Below are positions 1-10,706 of a DNA stretch of 29,704 nt, piece by piece. Location of the stretch: assembly GCA_031409655.1 (NCBI GenBank), contig JANNXQ010000104.1:1-29704 (forward strand), read 5' to 3'. The stretch is from Chthoniobacteraceae bacterium (GTDB taxonomy: Bacteria > Verrucomicrobiota > Verrucomicrobiia > Chthoniobacterales > Chthoniobacteraceae). How positions within the stretch are numbered: the stretch's first letter is position 1; each line of letters opens with the position of its first letter. The notes beneath the pieces were generated by a model. The model made no database searches. It saw only the letters and a list, made by a program, of their open reading frames with translations, and was not told the DNA's origin. The translations under genes were made by a program, and so were the position numbers.

Positions 1-30
1 GGTTGGCGCCCCGCGCCCCTCCCCTGGCTC

Positions 31-69
31 CGCGCCCCCCCCCACTCTTATCTTGGGGCGGGGGGCGCG
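31..69. repeat. GC-rich hairpin
   Basis: cgcgcccccc (31-40) is the exact reverse complement of ggggggcgcg (60-69); ccca/tggg extends the stem inward after a bulge. Confidence 0.5.
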
Positions 70-112
70 CTTTGGCCTGGGCGCGCGCCGCGACGCCATC
101 CACCGAGGATGC

Positions 113-131
113 GTTTTTCAACAGGCTGCTA
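113..131 (-). mobile_element. Possible IS/MITE terminal inverted repeat abutting the desulfurase stop codon
   Basis: Minus strand reads TAG-CAGCCTGTTGAAAAAC, resembling from memory ends of IS5/IS1182-related elements. No partner end or transposase is in the window. Confidence 0.35.
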
Positions 132-1289
132 AGCCGCCGCCGCCACCCGCCGCAACTTGCCGATCACCTTCGGCACGATCTCCAGCGCCTTCGCCACTTC
201 CGCCCGCGTATTAAACCGGCTGAACGAGAAGCGCAGGCTGGCCCGTGCGCGTTCGTCGTCGTACCCCATCGCCTTCAGCACGTGCGAAGCATGCACGGAC
301 CCCGTGGTGCAGGCCGACCCGCTGGAACAACAAATCCCGTGCTGATCGAGGAGCATCAGCGCGCCCTCGGAATCCACGCCCTCGAAGGCGAGGTTCGACG
401 TATTCGGCAGCCGCTGCTCGCGATCACCGTTCACCTTTGAACCCTCGACCTGCGCGAGTACCCCGGCTTCAAACTCATCCCGAAACGCCCGCACCTCAGT
501 CGCCTCGTGCTCCATGAATTGCCCCGCGACTGCACACGCTTTTCCGAGCGCCACGATCGAGGCCACGTTCTCCGTGCCCGCGCGTTTCCCCTGCTCCTGC
601 CCGCCGCCGATCAGGTAAGGCACAAACTTCGTTCGCCGGTTCACGTAGAGCACGCCGACGCCTTTTGGGCAGTGCAGCTTGTGCCCCGAGACGGAGAGAA
701 AATTGATCTTCGATTCCGCCATGTTCAGCGGGATCTTGCCGACCGCCTGCACCGCGTCGGTGTGAAAGAGGGTGCGCTTGTGCCGCACGATCTCCGCGAT
801 TTCATGGATCGGAAAGAGCACGCCCGTTTCGTTATTTGCCCACATCGCCGTGACGATGGCCGTGTCGGGCCGAATCGCCTTCTCAAGTTCCCCGAGATCG
901 ATCTGCCCGCGTTCATCCACGCCGAGCCACGTCACTTCCCAGCCACGTTTCGCGAGCGTCTCGCAGTGTTTCAAAGTCGCGCTGTGCTCCACGCGCGTCG
1001 TCACGATGTGCTGCCGGTCGCGATCGATTTGAAGCGCGGAGTGGATCGCCGCGTTCGTCGATTCCGTCCCACAACTTGTAAAAACAATCTCCCCCGGCTC
1101 ACACCCGAGCAACGCCGCCACCCGCGCCCGCGCCGTCTCCAGCGCTTCATTCACCCGCTTCCCAAAACGATAGCCACTCGAGGGATTACCGTAGTGCTCC
1201 GTGAGGAAAGGCAGCATTTCTTCGACAACCGCCGGGTCCACGCGCGTGGTTGCATTGTTGTCGAGGTAGATGAGTTCGCTGCTTTTCAT
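129..1289 (-). CDS. iscS: Group I cysteine desulfurase (NifS/IscS family), PLP-dependent, 386 aa
   Basis: IYLDNNATT, MWANNETG, HTDAVQ, SGHK (PLP lysine), RAGTEN, SSGSACT (catalytic Cys). Start set at ATG 1289 (MKSSELIY) instead of the upstream TTG at 1412. Confidence 0.93.
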   Translation of the reverse strand: MKSSELIYLDNNATTRVDPAVVEEMLPFLTEHYGNPSSGYRFGKRVNEALETARARVAALLGCEPGEIVFTSCGTESTNAAIHSALQIDRDRQHIVTTRVEHSATLKHCETLAKRGWEVTWLGVDERGQIDLGELEKAIRPDTAIVTAMWANNETGVLFPIHEIAEIVRHKRTLFHTDAVQAVGKIPLNMAESKINFLSVSGHKLHCPKGVGVLYVNRRTKFVPYLIGGGQEQGKRAGTENVASIVALGKACAVAGQFMEHEATEVRAFRDEFEAGVLAQVEGSKVNGDREQRLPNTSNLAFEGVDSEGALMLLDQHGICCSSGSACTTGSVHASHVLKAMGYDDERARASLRFSFSRFNTRAEVAKALEIVPKVIGKLRRVAAAA

Positions 1290-1410
1290 GACTTCCAAAA
1301 GGGCGCGCAGGATAGCGCACCCGCCTTCCTCGCGCCAACCGAACTTTGTGTCATAGCCGCGCAGCGAGAGATTCCGGGGCGCAGCCGGGTGTCGCGGATG
1401 CTCGCCGGAC

Positions 1411-1450
1411 AAAAAACAAAACCGCCGGGCCCCTTTCGGAACCCGGCGGT
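1411..1450 (-). terminator. Rho-independent terminator after groEL
   Basis: Stem accgccggg (1421-1429) / cccggcggt (1442-1450); on the minus strand it is followed by TTTGTTTTTT. Confidence 0.85.
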
Positions 1451-1483
1451 CTGTGAGTTTTACTCGAGACTGGTGGTCTGGAC

Positions 1484-3151
<1,668 letters not shown>

Positions 3152-3206
3152 CTAAACGGACGGGCCGGGCCTGGGCGCGGGCGTCACGAGGGTGGGTTGT
3201 GGTTGA

Positions 3207-3500
3207 TTAACCGAGGATGCCGAGGATGTCGTCTTCGCGCATGATCAGGTATTGCTGGCCGGCGATCTTGATCTCGGTGCCGCCGTACTTGCTGATGAGG
3301 ACTTTGTCGCCCTTTTTGACGGTGAAGGCGATGAGTTTGCCATCGTCGTCACGCTTGCCGGTACCGAGGGCGATGACTTCGCCTTCCGTCGGCTTTTCTT
3401 TGGCGTTATCGGGAATGATGATTCCGCCTTTCTTGACTTCAGTTTCCTCGATCGGCTTCACGATCACGCGATCCGCGAGGGGTCTTACGTTGAATGCCAT
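3207..3500 (-). CDS. groS: Co-chaperonin GroES
   Basis: [38 protein letters not shown]; directly upstream of groEL. Confidence 0.99.
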   Translation of the reverse strand: MAFNVRPLADRVIVKPIEETEVKKGGIIIPDNAKEKPTEGEVIALGTGKRDDDGKLIAFTVKKGDKVLISKYGGTEIKIAGQQYLIMREDDILGILG

Positions 3501-3624
3501 GGTGGTCTTTTGGTTTCTAGTTGTTTGTTGGTTTGGTTTCTACTGACCCGCCACGGTTAGCTTTCGATGACTGCGAGGCCATCGAAGGCCAGCCGTGACT
3601 GCGGCCGGTAAAGGGTTTGGTGAG

Positions 3625-5574
<1,950 letters not shown>

Positions 5575-5626
5575 TTAGCGGACGCGCGTGTTAGGAGAGC
5601 GCGAAATTGTGCGGGAACAACGACTT

Positions 5627-5643
5627 AGCACGGCGCGGACCCA
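5627..5643 (-). promoter_or_regulatory. Weak candidate sigma54 (-24/-12) promoter for dnaK-groES-groEL
   Basis: Minus strand TG-GG-TCCGCGCCGT-GC-T has correct GG-N10-GC spacing but a poor match to TGGCACG. Confidence 0.25.
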
Positions 5644-5855
5644 TCCCTCGAAAATATTTTAAGACCCACGGCAACAGCATCTTGTGTATTCTCTCAAAAA
5701 TGCGGCAACTGAGACATGTGGCGTGTTTTGTCCCACTTTACCCTATTGTAGTGTGACATGGCGGCGCACATCTACGTCCCGGACGCTCCGCAGGACGGCC
5801 ACGGTGTTTCCCCTGTCCCAATGGGCCTCGGCTCCGCTATTGATTTTTTACCCGT

Positions 5856-8800
5856 ATGCGCCCCCTCCCGCCACTCCGCTCGCTCGCTCTCACGCTCCTC
5901 ATTTGCACTGCCCACGCGGCGGACGATGCCGCGAGCCTCCTCGCCACCTCCGGCGTGAAAGGCGGCATCGTCGTGCAACTCGGCATCGGCGACGGCTCGC
6001 TCACCGCGGCGCTGCGCGCCAATGACAGCTACCAGGTTCAGGGCCTCGACACGGATGCCGCGAAGGTGGCGGCGGCGCGCGAGGCCATCTCCGCGAAGGG
6101 TGCCTACGGGCCGGTGAGCGTGGATCGCTTTGACGGCAAGACGCTGCCCTACATCGACAATCTCGTGAACCTGATCGTCGCCGAGGATCTCGGCGGCGTG
6201 CCGATGGAGGAGGTGAAGCGGGTGCTCGTTCCGCTCGGCGTGGCGCTGGTGAAAGAGGGCGGCGCGTGGAAGAAGACGACCAAGACGTGGTCCGATCAGC
6301 TCGACGAGTGGACGCACTATTACTACTCCGCAAAGGGCAATGCGGTTTCGAAGGACAAACAGGTCGGACCGCCTTCGCGCCTCCAGTGGGTGGGCTCGCC
6401 GCGGTGGTCGCGGCATCATGACCGCATGTCGTCGGTCAGCGCGCAGGTCACCAGCGCGGGGCGGCTCTACTACATCATGGATGAAGGCTCGCGCATCTCG
6501 ATCCTCATGCCGTCGAAGTGGAACCTGATCGCGCGTGACGCCTTCAACGGCACGATCCTCTGGAAGAAGCCGATCGAGAAATGGAGCGAGCACATGTGGC
6601 CGCTCAAGTCCGGCCCGACGCAGCTCACGCGCCGGCTCGTCGCGGATGGCGACCGCATCTTCACCACGCTCGGCATCGGCGAGCCGATCAGCGTCGTGGA
6701 CGGTGCCACCGGGAAGGTCGTGCGCACTTTCCCGGAGACGAAGGGCGCGGAGGAAATCCTGCACGTCGGTGGCGTGATCTACACGCTCGTGAATCCGAAG
6801 GAGTGGGCCATCGCCGACTTCGCTCCGAAGCTCCAGCAAGATCAAAAGCGCATCGCCGACGAATATGAATGGGACAAGCAACCGCGCTCGCTCGTCGCGC
6901 TCGATGCGAATTCCGGCGCGGTGCTTTGGAAAAAAGAGGGGACGAAGGTCGCGCCGATCACGCTCTCGGCGGATGAGAAGCGCGTGGTCTTTTACGATGG
7001 CGATCAGCTCGTGTGCCTCGACGGCAAGACCGGCGTGCAGAAGTGGGCGAGCGGCCCCGCGCCGAAGCGCAAGCTGCTCGAGTATAATTTCGGCCCGCGC
7101 ATCGTGCTCACCGGCGAGACCGTGCTCTACGCGGGCGGCGATGGCTCGCAGAAGGGGCTTGACGCCGAGAGCGGCAAGGAACTCTGGACCGCGCCACACG
7201 AGAAGTCGGGCTACCGCTCGCCGGAAGATCTCCTCGTCGCGAATGGGCTCGTCTGGAATGCGGGCACGACGCAGGGGAATCAGACCGGCGAATTCATCGG
7301 GCGCGATCCGCGCACCGGCGAAGCGAAGAAACAATTCTCGCCCGATGTGCCGGACGGAACTTATTGGTTCCATCACCGCTGCTACATCGCGAAGGGGACC
7401 GAAAATTTCCTCATCCCATCGCGCACCGGCATCGAATACGTCGATATCAATAAGTCGCACTGGGATCTCAATCACTGGGTGCGCGGCGCGTGCCTCTACG
7501 GCGTGCTCCCCGCCAATGGCCTGACCTACGCCGGCCCGCACAATTGCGCCTGCTACCCCGAGGCGAAACTCGACGGTCTCAACGCGCTCTCCGCCGCGAC
7601 TTCGCCGTGGCCCGCGCTGCCCAGCGACGACCAGCGTCTCGAGCGCGGCCCCGCTTTCAGCCAGCCGATCGAAGAGCGTGCCGCCGATGCCGCCGACTGG
7701 CCCACTTACCGCCAGAACAACGCCCGCAGCGGCTCGAATCCGCAGCCGCTCGTCGCCGATCTCGGCAAGGCCTGGGAGGTACAACTCAGCGGCCCGCTCA
7801 GCGCGCTGACCATCGCCGACGGCCGCACCTTCGTCTCGCAAGTCGATGCCCACACCCTGCACGCCTTCGACGCCGCGACGGGCAAAAAACTCTGGCACTT
7901 CATCGCCGGCGCGCGCGTCGATTCACCGCCTACTTTCGCGCAAGGCCGCGTCTTCTTCGGCGGCAAGGATGGCTTCGTCTATTGCCTGCGCGCCACCGAC
8001 GGCGCGCTCGTCTGGCGTTTCCAGGCCGCGCCGAATTCCCGCCGCCACGGAGCGTTCGAGCAGATCGAAAGCGCGTGGCCGGTGCATGGCAGCGTGCTCG
8101 TGGAAAATGGCACGGTGAACTGCGTCGCCGGACGCTCCGTTTTCCTCGATGGCGGCCTCCGCTTCCTCCGCCTCGACGCCGCCACCGGCCGGAAGCTCGC
8201 CGAAGTCGTGTACGACGACAAAGACCCCGAGACCGGTGGCGATTTTCAGGACCGTCACAAGACCCTGCAAATGCCCGTCGGTTTGAACGACATCCTCTCC
8301 AGCGACGGCAAAATGATGTATCTGCGCTCGCAGAAAATCCTCCCCGACGGCAACCGCATCGAGATCGGCCCGATCAGCGCGAATGTCGCCGAGCAGGCCG
8401 GCACGCAGAAAGGCGAGGGCCGCCATCTCTTCGCGCCGATGGGTTTCCTCGACGACTCCTGGTTCCACCGCAGCTACTGGATCTACGGCAAGAATTTCGC
8501 CGGCGGACACAGCGGATATTTCCAGGCCGGGAAGTTCACGCCCGAGGGCCGCATCCTCGTGCATGACGACAAGAACGTCTTCGGCTACTCGCGCATGCCG
8601 CAGTACTACAAGTGGACGACGACGATGGAGCATCAGCTTTTCTCCGCGTCGATCGACGCGCCCAATGTGGATCTCAAGGCCATCGCCGCCAACGAGAGTG
8701 GACCGAAGAAACGCCAGGCCGCGAAAGCCGGCGCCAAACCCGCCGCGGCTGCGCAGGCCGCCGGTGCGAGTGTGAGATTCGACGCCGACAAACTCGACCC

Positions 8801-9821
8801 CTCGAACAAACCGCTGACCGTCGAAGCCTGGGTCCTACCCGACGGCCCCAATGGCGTCATCGCCCAACACGGCGGCGGCGTCACCGGCTACGCGCTCGCT
8901 CTGGAGGAAGGCCGTCCTGGATTCTCCATCCGCGCGGATAAAGCGACGACCACCGTGCAAGCCCAGCGCGCGCTGGACCAAGGCTGGCACCACCTCGCCG
9001 GTGTGCTCACCGAAGACAAACGCCTCATCTTGTACGTCGATGGCCAGGTCGCCGCGGAGACGAAGGCGCCGAGCTTCGTCACTCGCAAACCGAATCAGGG
9101 TCTGAGCCTCGGCAGTGCCGGCGTGTCGGGCGTCAGCGACTACGGCAAGAACGCGCCCTACACCGGTCTGCTCGATCAATTCGCCCTCTTCGGTCGCGCG
9201 CTCACCCCGGCGGAAATCAATGAGCACGCGAGCGGCGCCAACTTCATCCAGCGCGGACTCGCCGCGATGGTTGCCTGCACCTTCGACAACGGCGACGCCC
9301 GCGACGACGCCGGCGGCACCCTGCTCGGCGCCGTGAGCGGAGCCGAGACCGGCAAAGGCAAACTCGGCGCCGCGCTCTGGTTCAAGAAACCCGGCGGCGC
9401 CCCGAGCGTCCTCGCCGATCCCGCGCAGAAAGGCGGCGCCCCCGCCGCGCCCGCTGGCAAAGCCGCCGGCAGCTTCGTCGAGCACCAGTGGACCGCTAAG
9501 AGCCCCGTCTTCGCCCGCGCCATGGCGATGGCGAAAGACACCATCTTCATCAGCGGCCCGCCCGACATGATCGACGAAGAATACGCCTTCGAGCGCATGG
9601 CGCAGAAAGACCCCGCGATCTACAAAGACCTCGCCGAGCAGGACGCCGCGCTCGACGGCAAAAAAGGCGGCAGCCTCCTCGCCGTGAACACCGCCAAAGG
9701 CGAAGTGAGCAGCGACGTGAAGCTCGACAGCCCGCCCGTCTGGGACGGCCTCGCCATCGCCCAAGGCCGCCTCTACGTCGCCAGCGTCGATGGCAAGGTG
9801 ACGTGCTACGGGAAGCCGTAG
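5856..9821 (+). CDS. Secreted multidomain protein: class I SAM-methyltransferase-like domain, PQQ-like (BamB-type) beta-propellers, inserted LamG domain
   Basis: Signal peptide ending TAHA-ADD; VVQLGIGDG, GLDTD, LPYIDNLVNLI, EVKRVLVPLG; blades ARDAFNGTILW, ALDANSGAVLW, AFDAATGKKLW, CLRATDGALVW; LamG motifs LTVEAWV, WHHLAGV, LYVDG, GLLDQFALFGRALT. Confidence 0.85.
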   Translation: MRPLPPLRSLALTLLICTAHAADDAASLLATSGVKGGIVVQLGIGDGSLTAALRANDSYQVQGLDTDAAKVAAAREAISAKGAYGPVSVDRFDGKTLPYIDNLVNLIVAEDLGGVPMEEVKRVLVPLGVALVKEGGAWKKTTKTWSDQLDEWTHYYYSAKGNAVSKDKQVGPPSRLQWVGSPRWSRHHDRMSSVSAQVTSAGRLYYIMDEGSRISILMPSKWNLIARDAFNGTILWKKPIEKWSEHMWPLKSGPTQLTRRLVADGDRIFTTLGIGEPISVVDGATGKVVRTFPETKGAEEILHVGGVIYTLVNPKEWAIADFAPKLQQDQKRIADEYEWDKQPRSLVALDANSGAVLWKKEGTKVAPITLSADEKRVVFYDGDQLVCLDGKTGVQKWASGPAPKRKLLEYNFGPRIVLTGETVLYAGGDGSQKGLDAESGKELWTAPHEKSGYRSPEDLLVANGLVWNAGTTQGNQTGEFIGRDPRTGEAKKQFSPDVPDGTYWFHHRCYIAKGTENFLIPSRTGIEYVDINKSHWDLNHWVRGACLYGVLPANGLTYAGPHNCACYPEAKLDGLNALSAATSPWPALPSDDQRLERGPAFSQPIEERAADAADWPTYRQNNARSGSNPQPLVADLGKAWEVQLSGPLSALTIADGRTFVSQVDAHTLHAFDAATGKKLWHFIAGARVDSPPTFAQGRVFFGGKDGFVYCLRATDGALVWRFQAAPNSRRHGAFEQIESAWPVHGSVLVENGTVNCVAGRSVFLDGGLRFLRLDAATGRKLAEVVYDDKDPETGGDFQDRHKTLQMPVGLNDILSSDGKMMYLRSQKILPDGNRIEIGPISANVAEQAGTQKGEGRHLFAPMGFLDDSWFHRSYWIYGKNFAGGHSGYFQAGKFTPEGRILVHDDKNVFGYSRMPQYYKWTTTMEHQLFSASIDAPNVDLKAIAANESGPKKRQAAKAGAKPAAAAQAAGASVRFDADKLDPSNKPLTVEAWVLPDGPNGVIAQHGGGVTGYALALEEGRPGFSIRADKATTTVQAQRALDQGWHHLAGVLTEDKRLILYVDGQVAAETKAPSFVTRKPNQGLSLGSAGVSGVSDYGKNAPYTGLLDQFALFGRALTPAEINEHASGANFIQRGLAAMVACTFDNGDARDDAGGTLLGAVSGAETGKGKLGAALWFKKPGGAPSVLADPAQKGGAPAAPAGKAAGSFVEHQWTAKSPVFARAMAMAKDTIFISGPPDMIDEEYAFERMAQKDPAIYKDLAEQDAALDGKKGGSLLAVNTAKGEVSSDVKLDSPPVWDGLAIAQGRLYVASVDGKVTCYGKP

Positions 9822-9884
9822 CGCGCCGTTCCCAAGCCGAAAAGGGCGCATGAGCGCGCGCACCAGTCGCACCAACTTTCCCCC

Positions 9885-10406
9885 GTGGAAAAAATCTTCG
9901 CCGTCATCAAACAGATGGAAGCCGACGGCGTCATCGGTCGCTATGCCATCGGTGGGGCGATCGGTTCGATATTCTGGATCGAGCCCGTCACGACCAAGGA
10001 CGTGGACGTATTCGTCTCACTGCCGACGAGTCCGGGCGGTTCGCTCCTCACGCTGGGTCCGATCTACGAATATCTCGTGGCGCGAGGGTTTCAGCCGCAG
10101 GGCCAGCACGTCGTCATCGAAGGATGGGCCGTCGAATTCGTCCCGCCGGCAACGCCGCTCGTGGAGGAGGCGCTCGCCGAAGCCGTCGAGCGGGATGTCA
10201 ATGGCGTCGCCACGCGCGTCTTCACTGCCGAGCATCTCGCCGCCATCGCCCTCCAAGTCGGGCGCGCCCGGGACCACGACCGCGTCTCGCGTTTCCTGGA
10301 GCAGGACGCCTTGGACATCGCGCGGTTCGAGGCGATCCTCACGCGCCACGATCTGCTGGAAAAGTGGCGCGAGTTTCAGCAAAGATACTGCTCCGATCAG
10401 CCATGA
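9885..10406 (+). CDS. Nucleotidyltransferase-fold protein (Pol-beta superfamily), putative toxin-antitoxin component
   Basis: GTG start; YAIGGAIG...TTKDVDVFV matches the GG...TxDxD signature; C-terminal GRARDHDRV. Confidence 0.7.
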   Translation: MEKIFAVIKQMEADGVIGRYAIGGAIGSIFWIEPVTTKDVDVFVSLPTSPGGSLLTLGPIYEYLVARGFQPQGQHVVIEGWAVEFVPPATPLVEEALAEAVERDVNGVATRVFTAEHLAAIALQVGRARDHDRVSRFLEQDALDIARFEAILTRHDLLEKWREFQQRYCSDQP

Positions 10407-10579
10407 CCGACCTCATGCAAAGCATCCTCCAGGCAAAGCGCGCGCGGCGCAAAGAGCTGGCCGCGCTGCCCGTCGGCGAGAAGCTGCGACTGCTCGAAGA
10501 AATGATCGAAGCCACGCGATCGATCGCCCGCAGCCGGCCCCGAAAACCCGCGAAACCTGCCGCCAGCACGAAAGGCTGA
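10403..10579 (+). CDS. Small basic helical protein (58 aa), partner of the nucleotidyltransferase
   Basis: ATG overlaps the upstream TGA (ATGA 10403-10406); MTDLMQSILQAKRARRKELAALPVGEKLRLLEEMIEATRSIA; it is the 3' end of track ORF 10124..10579. Confidence 0.7.
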   Translation: MTDLMQSILQAKRARRKELAALPVGEKLRLLEEMIEATRSIARSRPRKPAKPAASTKG

Positions 10580-10706
10580 TCACCCGGCTGCGGCAAGTGA
10601 CATGCAATGCGAAGCAGCGCGGGAGCGCCATGCTCACGCGTACGACTACTGACCTATCACATTGTGCGCTTTGACGACCGACCGCGGATCGGAGCAACAA
10701 ACCGGC

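Noticed and set aside
129..1289. Desulfurase as dedicated sulfur donor for the HesA operon
   Set aside because: It lies 13-17 kb away, downstream of the chaperone operon; nothing in the sequence links them.
5625..5651. TTAGCAC resembling a CIRCE half-site upstream of dnaK
   Set aside because: The second arm GAGTGCTAA at 9-bp spacing is absent.
5772..7898. 708-aa minus-strand ORF, and similar antisense ORFs at 15129-16859, 24590-25585 and 27901-28899
   Set aside because: All lie opposite well-supported genes and lack motifs.
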